Shown here piece by piece: positions 8,168 to 25,405 of a stretch of 38,615 nucleotides of DNA. The position numbers were made by a program, and so were the translations under genes. This DNA comes from Chromatocurvus sp. Lineage in GTDB: Bacteria > Pseudomonadota > Gammaproteobacteria > Pseudomonadales > Halieaceae. Each line of letters begins with the position of its first letter. Within the stretch, counting starts at the first letter, position 1. The notes beneath the pieces were generated by a model. It was given only the letters and a program-made list of their open reading frames with translations, was not told where the DNA came from and did no database searches. The DNA is taken from assembly GCA_046260215.1 (NCBI GenBank), contig JBHEPQ010000238.1:1-38615 (forward strand). The letters run 5' to 3'.

Positions 8168-8835
8168 GCCAGAGCTCCCCCCTGTTCAAGTTCGCGCGAG
8201 TCCTGCTGTCGCCCCGACGTTGCAGATTCCCCGACTGCCGGGTTGGTGCGCGCATCGCCAACGCGCTCGGCAACAACGGCAGCCAGCTGCCTGGCGACGC
8301 TGGCCGCCTCAGGAACATTGCGCAGCATCGGCACAACCGGTGAAAAGTGCCAGGGGCGGGCGTGGGGCCATAAAGCCCAGTAGGATATACGTTCTCCATC
8401 CTCGAGCCGCAGGGCGATGTCGCCGCTGCCATCCTTGAAGGCCCATAGGTCCGCTGTGTGTAGCCGATCAAACGGCAGGTTGATCATCATGGGGAGCGCG
8501 ACGCCGAAACGCAGCACGATGCGCCTGTTGGTTATCGTGTACACCGTACTGCGGGCATATAGCCAGGCCAGCCCGCTGAGGATGCCCAGGGTAATTGCCG
8601 CCAGACCCGTCTGCCACGCCAGACTGGAGAGCCCGCTCGCCAGGCCTCCACCGCTGCTATAGTGGATAATCTGGTGCGCGCCGATCAGGACAGCAAAGTA
8701 AATACCGAACTGCTGCAGCTTGAAGGCGCGCCGGGCCATGCTCCACCACTGGGGGGCACCCTGCCAAATCATGTGTTCGCCCGCCGGCAGATCTTCAGGC
8801 AGGCCTTTCACGGGTTCGATTTCGTACTCGTTCAT
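8164..8835 (-). CDS. puhB: Photosynthetic complex assembly protein PuhB
   Basis: EPVKGLPEDLPAGEHMIWQGAP, YTITNRRIVLRFGVALP and LWPHARPW motifs; follows puhA. Confidence 0.92.
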   Translation of the reverse strand: MNEYEIEPVKGLPEDLPAGEHMIWQGAPQWWSMARRAFKLQQFGIYFAVLIGAHQIIHYSSGGGLASGLSSLAWQTGLAAITLGILSGLAWLYARSTVYTITNRRIVLRFGVALPMMINLPFDRLHTADLWAFKDGSGDIALRLEDGERISYWALWPHARPWHFSPVVPMLRNVPEAASVARQLAAVVAERVGDARTNPAVGESATSGRQQDSRELEQGGALA

Positions 8836-9668
8836 ATCAGGGGCTCCGTGCGCTCGGCTGTTGCATACATGTTGCCGCCACCGTAATAAGCGCAGATCTG
8901 ATCCTCTTCCTGCAGGGTGGTCTGATCGTGGCTGGCCAGAGTTGGCACATTAGCAAAATGCTTCGCCTTGATCGAGCGAACACGCACCGTGCCATCTTTC
9001 GCGCTGACACGCGCCAGCGTGATCGGCAGCAGGACCCGACGGGGACTGGCTTCAGCGGCGCCTTCACTACCACTGGTTTCAGAACCACTGGTCTCAGAAT
9101 GACCCGTGCCAAAGCCGGTGCAGGCTAATTCGAGGTACCGCACCTGAGGTTCTGCGCGATCGACCCAGAGATCCACGACTTCACCGGCTTTTTCGCCATC
9201 CAGGCCATAGACCGCCTTGCCGCGGGGATCGGGATCATGCTCTGACACACCGAAATCCGTTGCAATGCGCATGGGAACGATCTTCGGCTCACCGTCGATC
9301 GTTCTGTCCGGAAATTGCGGACGAATCGCCCAGGCGGCCGGGCCAACGCCGTCGCGCATGGGATCGCCGCTGGGATGCAGAGCCGACCCGAAGGTGTTGT
9401 CCAGCGGGGTAGCTGCCACCTCGTACTCTGCAGGATCCTGGCGGGGCGCCATGACGGAATCCTCACCGTGGGGCATCAGGTATTCCTTCGTATCGGGCAA
9501 ATCCGGAAACCCCACCACGCGAACGTTGCGGTTGGCGTCGGTGAGCAGCGGGTAGCCCTCGCGTTTACCCTCCCGGTGCAGGTAAAGCACCAATAGCAGG
9601 AAAAACAGCCAGAACGCATATAACGCCAGTTGTGCTACGTCGATGTAGCCAGTGATTGCACCTGTCAT
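8832..9668 (-). CDS. puhA: Reaction centre H subunit
   Basis: GAITGYIDVAQLALYAFWLFF...YLHREGKREGYPL, GDPMRDGVGPAAWA, PRC barrel (VVDLWVDRAE) and TLQEEDQICAYYGGG. Confidence 0.97.
   Translation of the reverse strand: MTGAITGYIDVAQLALYAFWLFFLLLVLYLHREGKREGYPLLTDANRNVRVVGFPDLPDTKEYLMPHGEDSVMAPRQDPAEYEVAATPLDNTFGSALHPSGDPMRDGVGPAAWAIRPQFPDRTIDGEPKIVPMRIATDFGVSEHDPDPRGKAVYGLDGEKAGEVVDLWVDRAEPQVRYLELACTGFGTGHSETSGSETSGSEGAAEASPRRVLLPITLARVSAKDGTVRVRSIKAKHFANVPTLASHDQTTLQEEDQICAYYGGGNMYATAERTEPLI
9069..9098. repeat. 15-bp tandem duplication inside puhA (SETSG x2)
   Basis: ACCACTGGTTTCAGA followed by ACCACTGGTCTCAGA on the + strand, encoding part of a G/S/E-rich loop in PuhA. Confidence 0.85.
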
Positions 9669-9693
9669 ATCGAGACCTCCAGTTGGGCTCTTG

Positions 9694-11121
9694 TCATTCG
9701 GGAAACTCTGCCAGATAAAATGCTGGCCGCTTTACCACCAGCTCGCCAGGGCCCCGCACCAGGGGCCCGATGGTGATCAGTGCGGCAAACAGCACCGCGA
9801 TTTCAAGATGGTACACGGCACCGTAGCCGGTCGCCGGACCGCTGAGGGCAACGCCCAGTGTGCCCGCCTCAGCCATATGTGTGACAATGTCGCGGATGGC
9901 GCCGCCGGCGGCGATGGCGAGCCCGGTGGCGGTGGCCTGCACCGCCCCCCAGGCACCCAGCGCCATGCCGGCGCCACCCTGTTCGCCAAGGTTCATGGCC
10001 GCGGTCAGCGTGCCGACGGCAAATAACCCACTGCCGAAGCCGATGACCAGCGTGCCGCTGCGAAACAGCATCGCCGACTCCAGGGGAGCCGACATGATGA
10101 CTGCGGAAAATGCAAAAACTCCGGAGACCGCCCCGTAGGCCGCGAGACGTATCGGGTCAGCGCCCTGGCTGAGCTGGCGCGAGGCAATAATAAACGCGGC
10201 CAGCATACCCAGGGCAAAAATAGCGGTGAGTCCGGTGGTCGCGCTGACTGATAAGCCGAGCACTTCGCCGCCATAGGGCTCAAGCAGAATGTCCTGCATG
10301 CTGAAGCCCGCGCTGCCAAGCCCCACTGCGAGTAGCAAGCGCATTGTGCGGCCCTGCTGACGGAATTGCGCCCACGCCACAGAGAAGGGTGGCCGTGGCG
10401 CGCCGCGGTTGCGGCCAGGGTTGCGGGGTTCCTGTTTCCACAGCGCAATAATATTGAACAGCGCGGTCAGCGCCGCCGCACCCTGAACAACCTTGATCAG
10501 TTTCAACTGTGTGAAGTCGGAAAGGAGCCAGGCGAACAGGAATGAGCTGCCAATCATGCCGACCAGCAGCATTACATACATCATTGCCACCACGCGCGGG
10601 CGGGTCTTCTCCGTGCCAAGGTCAGTGGCCAGCGCCAGGCCGGCGGTCTGGGTAGTATGCATGCCTGCGCCCACCAGCAGGAACGCCAGCGCCGCGGCCG
10701 CAGGCCCCACCCAGCTGACATCATAATACGGCTCTGCAAGTACCAGCAGCGCGAAAGGCATGATTGCCAGGCCGCCGAACTGTGTCAGCGTACCCAGCCA
10801 GATGTAGGGCACGCGGCGCCAGCCCAGGGCCGACTTATGGTGATCACTGCGGAAACCGATCAGTGCGCGCAGTGGCGCAAAAACAAGGGGGAGCGAGACC
10901 ATCAGTGACACCAGCCAGGCAGCCTGTCCCAGTTCGAGCACCAGCACGCGGTTCAGCGTGCCGTTCAGCAGGACAAAAGCCATGCCCACTGATATCTGGA
11001 ACAGTGACAGGCGCAGCAGGCGCCCCAGAGGCACCTCCTCTGTCACTGCGTCCGCAAACGGCATCCAGCGATTGCCCAAGCGCGACATGAACGCCTGCGT
11101 GAAAGCTACCGAGCGTTTCAT
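9694..11121 (-). CDS. lhaA: LH1 assembly protein LhaA (PucC-family MFS)
   Basis: MPFADA...LLRLSLFQISVGM, GTLNRVLVLEL, QDILLEPYGGEVLGL; position between bchM and puhA. Confidence 0.9.
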   Translation of the reverse strand: MKRSVAFTQAFMSRLGNRWMPFADAVTEEVPLGRLLRLSLFQISVGMAFVLLNGTLNRVLVLELGQAAWLVSLMVSLPLVFAPLRALIGFRSDHHKSALGWRRVPYIWLGTLTQFGGLAIMPFALLVLAEPYYDVSWVGPAAAALAFLLVGAGMHTTQTAGLALATDLGTEKTRPRVVAMMYVMLLVGMIGSSFLFAWLLSDFTQLKLIKVVQGAAALTALFNIIALWKQEPRNPGRNRGAPRPPFSVAWAQFRQQGRTMRLLLAVGLGSAGFSMQDILLEPYGGEVLGLSVSATTGLTAIFALGMLAAFIIASRQLSQGADPIRLAAYGAVSGVFAFSAVIMSAPLESAMLFRSGTLVIGFGSGLFAVGTLTAAMNLGEQGGAGMALGAWGAVQATATGLAIAAGGAIRDIVTHMAEAGTLGVALSGPATGYGAVYHLEIAVLFAALITIGPLVRGPGELVVKRPAFYLAEFPE

Positions 11122-11130
11122 TGCAGCTTC

Positions 11131-11831
11131 CTACAGCTTTCGCAGCTCACACGCCTGTGACGTGTAGAAACCGCTTTTCACCCGATGACTCCGGTCGCGC
11201 CGCCACTGGCTGAGAGATTCTGCCGTGTCGAGCTGCCGGAACAGCTTTTGTTCGCCGATTGGCTCAATGGATGGAGCGCGATCACCGCGCGGAAACAGCG
11301 AGCCCGTCGCATGCATGATCGACAGTAGCGGGGTGCGTGGTGCAAAGGTGAACAGGATACTCGTGGAGACGTTTGACGCCAGCTGGCCGAGTACATTCAC
11401 CGCGTCGTGCGAGTTGTAGTGAATGACAGAATCCATCGCGACGGCGTGATCGAAATCATCCCGATCCACTTCGGACATGTCGCCGACCCGAAAGTCGATA
11501 CTGCCGTCGCCGATCTCGGCCGGTACCCGCTCGCGAGCCAGTTCGATCAGTGTCGGCGACAGGTCGATAGCAACCACCTGCGCCCCGCGTCGGGCTGCCT
11601 CCACGGACAGCGCGCCAGTGCCACAACCGGCGTCGAGAACACGAAGCCCGCGCAGGTCTTCCGGCAGCCAGCTCAGCAGCGTATTGCGCATCTCGTCACG
11701 ACCGGCGCGAACCGTCTGCCGGATCCGGCTCACCGGGGCATCGGAGGTAAGCCGCGACCAGGCATCTGCGGCCGTACGATCAAAGTAGGTTTCTATTTCA
11801 GAGCGCCGCTCTTTATAGGTATCCGCGTTCA

Positions 11832-11832
<1 letters not shown>
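11131..11832 (-). CDS. bchM: Mg-protoporphyrin IX O-methyltransferase
   Basis: [42 protein letters not shown] motif, SGFYTSQA; ATG 11832 overlaps the bchL TGA. Confidence 0.96.
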
Positions 11833-19785
<7,953 letters not shown>

Positions 19786-19824
19786 GGCGGCATCCGTTCG
19801 GTCGTTATCATGTCGTCAGGATTA

Positions 19825-19891
19825 AATTTAGACGCCCCAGGAAAGTATGTCAACTAAACCTTACACAAAGTATAGTCCACCTAAATTGACA
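19825..19891. promoter_or_regulatory. bchF promoter with tandem PpsR sites in the divergent bchF/ppsR region
   Basis: TGTCAACTAAACCTTACA (19848-19865, exact) and AGTCCACCTAAATTGACA (19874-19891, 1 mismatch), 8 bp apart. Minus strand TTGACA (19853-19848) - 17 bp - TAAATT (19830-19825). Confidence 0.8.
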
Positions 19892-19999
19892 AAAAGAGGT
19901 TTCTGGCATTTACTTAGCGTTGCGGACGGGGAAGCTGAATCAGGACTAGGGAAGTGTATAAACGTCGCGCTGCGCCTTTAGAGGCAGATGTAATTAAAA

Positions 20000-21409
20000 T
20001 TGAATTTCTTATTCGGATCCAAATGCATGTTTGTCGATTTGGACGTATCAGCGCTGGCGGGCCTGCTTGAAAAAGTAGCGGATTTTTCTCTTGTTCTGGA
20101 CAGGGGTGGCAAAATCGGTGAACTCGTGCTCAGCAGTGATGAGCTGCAGCCCTATATTGATGAAAGCTGGATTGGCACTGATCTTGTTGACACCGTAGCG
20201 CCCGAGGGTCGCGAGCGTGTCAGGGAGTTTCTGGCGTCGGCGATTGACGACCCGGATACACCGGTGCGCGCCGACCTCAATCATGTGCTGCCGGATGGCT
20301 CGCACTTGCCGGTGCAGTACCGCATGGTGGCGCCTTCGGGTGATAAGCGAATTCTGGCCGTGGGTCGCGACATGCGTGCCGTCGCCAGCATGCGCCAGCA
20401 GCTCCTTAACGCGCAGCAGGCGCTGGAAGCGGATTACTGGCGTCTGCGTCAGGTAGAAACGCGCTATCGCCAGCTTTTCGATCTGGTTTCAGAATCTATT
20501 CTGGTGATTGATGCAGTCAGCCATCGCGTTCTGGAGGCGAATCCGGCAGCTGCCGAGCTGCTGGGTAATCACGGTCTGCGGGTTGTCGGTAAGGCGTTTC
20601 CTCTCGGCTTGAAGGATGAGAGTGTTCGGGCACTCAATTCACTGATGCTGGAGGCGCAGTCTGCAGGGCGAGCCCATGGCTCCGGTCTGCAGCTCGAGGG
20701 CGACGGCAGTCTGGTCACCGTGGTGATCAGCTATCTGAGACAGGCCAATGAGGCGCGCTTCCTGGTGCGCATAGCGCATGAACAGGTAGCCGGCGCCAGC
20801 AGCGACGCCCTGCTGCCGCCGGCGCTGCAGAAAGCCCCGGATGCGGTTCTTCTGACCGATACCGAGGGTCGCGTCCTGGCGGCTAACCGCGCCTTCGTCG
20901 ATCTGTCCCAGGTTGTTAATGAAGAGCAGGCCGTGGGCGTCATTGCCGATCGCTGGCTCGGTCGTTCGGGGGTCGATCTCAGTGTGCTGCTCGGCAACCT
21001 GCGCGAGCGCGGCGTGGTCAAATTGTTCAGCACGGTGCTCAGGGGCGATTCCGGCGTGCATACCGATGTCGAGGTATCGGCAGCGCTGGCCGAGTCGCCG
21101 CAGCGTCCGATGTTTGCGTTTTTCATCCGCGATGTGAGCCGACGCGTCAGCAGCCAGCAGGCGGTGGGTAGCGGTCTGCCGTCCACGATCGAGCAGATCA
21201 CGCACCGCGTGGGACGTCTTCCGCTGAAGGAGCTGGTACGTGAGTCCACCGATATCATCGAAGCCATGTGCATTCGCGCCGCGCTGGAGCTCACCCAGGA
21301 CAACCGGGCGTCTGCCGCGGAGCTTCTTGGCCTGAGTCGTCAGAGCCTTTACGCGAAGCTGAGGCGGTATGAAATATCCGGTTTCGAGTCGGATTCGATC
21401 TCAAACTGA
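20000..21409 (+). CDS. ppsR: Transcriptional repressor PpsR/CrtJ
   Basis: PAS domains, Q-linker QQLLNAQQALEADYWRLRQVETRYRQLF, C-terminal Fis-type HTH IEAMCIRAALELTQDNRASAAELLGLSRQSLYAKLRRY with the conserved Cys. Start uncertain (TTG 20000 or ATG 20027). Confidence 0.95.
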   Translation: MNFLFGSKCMFVDLDVSALAGLLEKVADFSLVLDRGGKIGELVLSSDELQPYIDESWIGTDLVDTVAPEGRERVREFLASAIDDPDTPVRADLNHVLPDGSHLPVQYRMVAPSGDKRILAVGRDMRAVASMRQQLLNAQQALEADYWRLRQVETRYRQLFDLVSESILVIDAVSHRVLEANPAAAELLGNHGLRVVGKAFPLGLKDESVRALNSLMLEAQSAGRAHGSGLQLEGDGSLVTVVISYLRQANEARFLVRIAHEQVAGASSDALLPPALQKAPDAVLLTDTEGRVLAANRAFVDLSQVVNEEQAVGVIADRWLGRSGVDLSVLLGNLRERGVVKLFSTVLRGDSGVHTDVEVSAALAESPQRPMFAFFIRDVSRRVSSQQAVGSGLPSTIEQITHRVGRLPLKELVRESTDIIEAMCIRAALELTQDNRASAAELLGLSRQSLYAKLRRYEISGFESDSISN

Positions 21410-21434
21410 GTGAGACTGGCGGCGGGTCGCCAAT

Positions 21435-21510
21435 TGTAAAGCTGGAATGACACAAAATTGGCTTTTAAGTGTCACAGTAAATTGACACCTGTTTTTCAGC
21501 CTTCTATATT
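21435..21510 (+). promoter_or_regulatory. bchG promoter with two PpsR sites
   Basis: Exact TGT-N12-ACA at 21435-21452 and 21470-21487; TTGACA (21482-21487) - 17 bp - TATATT (21505-21510). Confidence 0.85.
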
Positions 21511-21516
21511 TAGCGT

Positions 21517-22434
21517 ATGCAGACTCCAGAATCAGTAGTCACCACGCCGGGCCGGGTCGACCCCCGCGGCTTCCTGCAGTTGCTCAAGCCGATTACCTGG
21601 TTTCCGCCCATGTGGGCGTTCGCCTGCGGTGTGGTGTCTTCCGGACTGTCGCCGCTGGAAATGCCCGTGGCGATCGTCGCCGGGATTGTGCTCGCGGGGC
21701 CGATGGTCTGTGGTGCCAGTCAGATCGTGAATGACTGGTTTGACCGTCACGTCGATGCCATCAACGAGCCCGACAGGCCGATACCGTCGGGGCGCGTCCC
21801 CGGCCGCATCGGACTGTATTATGCAATTGTCTGGTCTGCCCTGTGTCTTCTTCTGGCTGCCACACTGGGCGAAGTGGTCTTCTGGGCCACGGTCCTCGGG
21901 CTGGTGCTTGCCTGGGCCTACAGCGCACCGCCCGCCCGCTTGAAGCTGAACGGCTGGTGGGGCAATCTCGCCGTGGGTTTTTCCTACGAGGGCCTGGCCT
22001 GGATAACCGGTGCGGCGGTCATGCTCGGCGGCTCCATGCCGGCGAATGAGATCCTTATTCTCGCGGTTCTTTACAGTCTCGGTGCCCACGGCATCATGAC
22101 CCTGAACGACTTCAAGGCCATTGAGGGCGATCTGCAGCTCGGCGTGCGCAGTATCCCGGCGCAGCTTGGCGCAGAGCGTGCAGCGCGCCTGGCCTGTATC
22201 GTCATGCTCGTTCCCCAGGTTGCGGTCGTACTTCTACTTCTGTCGTGGGATAAGGCTGGTTTCGCGGTGGCCATTGGCGTAGGTATGCTCCTGCAGCTAT
22301 GGGCAATGCGCCGGCTGCTGACAGACCCGAAAGGACTCGCTCCCTGGTATAACGGCACAGGCGTCACTCTGTACGTGCTCGGAATGATGGTCGCTGCCTT
22401 TGCCGTACGCGGGCTGCCGGGGATCGGGTCGTGA
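21517..22434 (+). CDS. bchG: Bacteriochlorophyll synthase
   Basis: LLKPITWFPPMWAFACG, NDWFDRHVDAINEPDRPIPSGR UbiA motif, GIMTLNDFKAIEGD. Confidence 0.97.
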   Translation: MQTPESVVTTPGRVDPRGFLQLLKPITWFPPMWAFACGVVSSGLSPLEMPVAIVAGIVLAGPMVCGASQIVNDWFDRHVDAINEPDRPIPSGRVPGRIGLYYAIVWSALCLLLAATLGEVVFWATVLGLVLAWAYSAPPARLKLNGWWGNLAVGFSYEGLAWITGAAVMLGGSMPANEILILAVLYSLGAHGIMTLNDFKAIEGDLQLGVRSIPAQLGAERAARLACIVMLVPQVAVVLLLLSWDKAGFAVAIGVGMLLQLWAMRRLLTDPKGLAPWYNGTGVTLYVLGMMVAAFAVRGLPGIGS

Positions 22435-23801
22435 GTCTGCCCACGCTGGGCTGGTCCGGTATTGTCCGCCTGGGGCTGGTACAGACGTCAATCGGTGCCG
22501 TTGTTGTTCTTACCACCTCCACAATCAATCGCGTCATGGTAGTGGAGCTGGCACTTCCGGCCATGATTCCGGGCATCCTGGTCGCCGTGCACCACCTCGT
22601 GCAGATGTCGCGGCCGCATTTCGGCCATCGCTCGGACATCGGTCGCCGTCGAACTCCCTGGATTATCGGCGGTATTATCGTCCTCGCTGTCGGCGGAATC
22701 GGCGCTGCCCTGGGGACTGCCATTGCTGAACAGGCCCCGGGTCCGGGGCTTTTGCTGGCCCTGTTGGCCTTTGTCGCGATTGGCCTCGGTGTCGGGGCGT
22801 CGGCAACCTCGCTTCTGACGCTCCTTGCCCAACGGGTGGCGAGGGAGAGACGGGCGGCCGCCGCGAGCATCGTCTGGATCATGATGATTGCGGGGTTTGC
22901 CATTACCGCCACGGTCGCTGGCCAGTTCCTCGACCCATTCTCGTCTCAGCGACTCGTGGCGGTAACCGCGACGGTCTCACTGCTCGCAGTCTGCCTGACG
23001 GTGGTGGCGCTGCGTGGGATCGAGGGCTCACCACCGCCCAACGTGGCCGCTGGAACCTCAACGCAGGTCGCGTCCGGCGGCGGCAACTTTCGCGCAGCCC
23101 TGTCAGAGGTCTGGCGCGAGCCAAAGGCGCGGCGTTTCACGCTGTTTGTGTTCGTTTCCATGCTGGCTTATAGCGCTCAGGATCTGATTCTCGAGCCCTA
23201 TGCCGGTACGGTTTTTGGAATGACACCCGGTGAATCCACGCAGATGGCCGGCATGCAGCACGCTGGTGTGCTGCTGGGTATGTTGCTGGTGGCGGTAACG
23301 GCTACCGGCAGGAGACGCTCTGGGGGCCATGCCCTGCAGTTCTTTATGGTGGGTGGCTGTGTCGCCTCCGCGCTGGCGCTTTTCGGGATCGCGTTTGGTG
23401 GTCTGTTATCTGCTGACTGGCCCCTGCGCATCAATGTGTTTTTGCTGGGCATCGCCAACGGCGCGTTTGCCGTAGCCGCAATCGCTTCCATGATGGCGCT
23501 GGCAAGTCACGGAGTAGGCGGCCGCGATGGCTTGCGCATGGGCCTGTGGGGCGGCGCCCAGGCGATTGCGTTCGGCCTCGGCGGGTTTCTCGGCACGGTT
23601 GCCATCGATATCACACGAGAGTTGATGCAGGAGCCAGTGCATGCCTACGCACTGGTTTTCGCCTGTGAAGCTCTGGTTTTCCTGTACGCGGCAGTGCTCG
23701 GCGTTGGCGTGCGCGCCGGCTCGTCCGCGGCATCCGACGATCACCACGCTACGCCGGGATTCGGCGATGTCGCCATGGTGGAAATACTGCAGGGGAGGTA
23801 A
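22431..23801 (+). CDS. PucC-family (BCD) MFS protein
   Basis: IVRLGLVQTSIGAVVVLTTSTINRVMVVELALPA, QDLILEPYAG, MGLWGGAQAIAFG; canonical position between bchG and bchP. Confidence 0.9.
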   Translation: MSLPTLGWSGIVRLGLVQTSIGAVVVLTTSTINRVMVVELALPAMIPGILVAVHHLVQMSRPHFGHRSDIGRRRTPWIIGGIIVLAVGGIGAALGTAIAEQAPGPGLLLALLAFVAIGLGVGASATSLLTLLAQRVARERRAAAASIVWIMMIAGFAITATVAGQFLDPFSSQRLVAVTATVSLLAVCLTVVALRGIEGSPPPNVAAGTSTQVASGGGNFRAALSEVWREPKARRFTLFVFVSMLAYSAQDLILEPYAGTVFGMTPGESTQMAGMQHAGVLLGMLLVAVTATGRRRSGGHALQFFMVGGCVASALALFGIAFGGLLSADWPLRINVFLLGIANGAFAVAAIASMMALASHGVGGRDGLRMGLWGGAQAIAFGLGGFLGTVAIDITRELMQEPVHAYALVFACEALVFLYAAVLGVGVRAGSSAASDDHHATPGFGDVAMVEILQGR

Positions 23802-23803
23802 TC

Positions 23804-25000
23804 ATGCAGTCAGTAGAACACTTTGATGTAGTGGTGGTTGGGGGTGGTCCGTCCGGGGCAACTGCAGCGACCGATCTGGCGCGACTCGGCAAGCGGGTGT
23901 TGGTGCTGGAGCGTGCTTTTCGCATAAAGCCCTGCGGCGGCGCCATTCCGCCCCGCGCGATCGAGGATTTTGATATCCCGCCGCACCTGATAGTGGCGAA
24001 AATCAAATCGGCGCGCATGATCTCGCCCAAAGATGCGCGCGTCGATATGCCGGTGGGAGACACCTATGTTGGCATGGTCGATCGCGATGTGTTTGACCCC
24101 TGGCTGCGGGAGCGGGCGCGCGACGCCGGAGCCGAGGTGCGCACCGCGACCTTCAAGCATCTGGACTATCTGGAGGACGGTCGCGCTCGTGTGACTTACC
24201 TGAATAAGAACAGCAGCGGCGAGCATCGCTGCGTGACCGCCAGCGCCGTGATCGGCGCTGATGGCGCGAAGTCGCGTGTCGCGGCACAGTGTGTTCCCGG
24301 TGGTGATCGTATGCGCTGCGTTTTCGCCTACCACGAGATCGTCGAGGCGCCGACAGTTGACGCGGGTGCGGATTACGACCCGCTGCGCTGTGACGTGTGG
24401 TATCAGGGACGGCTGTCGCCGGATTTCTATGCCTGGGTATTTCCTCACGGCGACAAGGCCAGCATTGGTGTTGGTAGTGAGCAGAAAGGCTTTTCCGCAC
24501 AGGCATCTGTCGCGGCTCTGCGAGAAACCGTGGGTCTCCAGGGCGCTACAACGGTACGCCGCGAGGGGGCGCCCATTCCGCTAAAGCCACTGAAGCGTTG
24601 GGATGATGGCCGTCGCGTGCTGTTGGCTGGCGACGCCGCGGGCGTCGTTGCCCCTGCATCGGGAGAGGGCATCTATTACGCGATGCTCGGGGGGCGATTG
24701 GCGGCGGAGGCGGTTGCCGAGTTTCTTCTCAGCCAGAATCCGGCCGCTCTGCGCACGGCTCGCAAGCGCTTCCTCCGGGAGCACGGACGTGTCTTCTTTG
24801 TCCTCGGTATACTGCAGCGTTTCTGGTACTCCAGCGACAAGCGCCGGGAGAAGTTCGTTGCAATCTGTCGTGACCCGGATGTGCAGTACCTCACCTGGCA
24901 GGCTTATACGCAGAAGAAGCTGGTTCGAGCCAAGCCGATGGCGCACGTGCGGATTTTCTTCAAGGATATGGCACACCTGCTGGGTATGGCGCGGACCTGA
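23804..25000 (+). CDS. bchP: Geranylgeranyl reductase
   Basis: VVGGGPSGA FAD motif, KPCGGAIPP, GDAAGVVAPASGEGIYYAM. Confidence 0.97.
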   Translation: MQSVEHFDVVVVGGGPSGATAATDLARLGKRVLVLERAFRIKPCGGAIPPRAIEDFDIPPHLIVAKIKSARMISPKDARVDMPVGDTYVGMVDRDVFDPWLRERARDAGAEVRTATFKHLDYLEDGRARVTYLNKNSSGEHRCVTASAVIGADGAKSRVAAQCVPGGDRMRCVFAYHEIVEAPTVDAGADYDPLRCDVWYQGRLSPDFYAWVFPHGDKASIGVGSEQKGFSAQASVAALRETVGLQGATTVRREGAPIPLKPLKRWDDGRRVLLAGDAAGVVAPASGEGIYYAMLGGRLAAEAVAEFLLSQNPAALRTARKRFLREHGRVFFVLGILQRFWYSSDKRREKFVAICRDPDVQYLTWQAYTQKKLVRAKPMAHVRIFFKDMAHLLGMART

Positions 25001-25020
25001 CACCAGCGTAAAAAAGCACG

Positions 25021-25296
25021 GTGGAGTCGCTGTTGCAGTCGCTGGTCTCTCCACCGGTCATAGACATGATTCTATTCGCGGTGCTCCTTGAGGGCGTCGG
25101 CCTGCTGCTGCTTTATCGCGCGAAGGGTCTTGGTATACCCCCGAGGGTGCTTTTACCCAATCTGATTGCCGGGTTCTGCCTGTTTCTTGCTCTCAGGCTG
25201 GTGCTTGCGGATGCCTCTGTACACTGGGTGGCGCTGTCGCTGTTTGCCGCACTCTGCGCGCACGTCAGCGAACTGATTATGCGTTGGCAGCGTTGA
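25021..25296 (+). CDS. Small hypothetical membrane protein (~3 TM)
   Basis: Hydrophobic 91-aa ORF 20 bp after bchP on the same strand, NLIAGFCLFLALR...AHVSELIMRW; start uncertain (GTG 25021 or ATG 25066). Confidence 0.65.
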   Translation: MESLLQSLVSPPVIDMILFAVLLEGVGLLLLYRAKGLGIPPRVLLPNLIAGFCLFLALRLVLADASVHWVALSLFAALCAHVSELIMRWQR

Positions 25297-25347
25297 ATTG
25301 CCGCTGAGGCTGATGTGGGGTTTCCAGAAGGCTTCCTGCGTACGATT

Positions 25348-25381
25348 AAAAAGGCGCCGGGGTTATCCCTGGCACCGTTTT
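25348..25381. terminator. Probable bidirectional terminator between the bchP operon and acsF
   Basis: AAAAA-GGCGCCGGGG-tta-t-CCCTGGCACC-GTTTT: imperfect GC stem flanked by A and T tracts between convergent genes. Confidence 0.6.
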
Positions 25382-25405
25382 CAACTGTCTGATGCGGCGC
25401 TCGAA

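Noticed and set aside
19981-19993. GAGG-cag-ATG-TAA start-stop element just upstream of ppsR
   Set aside because: SD-to-ATG spacing of 3 nt is too short to support initiation, so it cannot be distinguished from chance.
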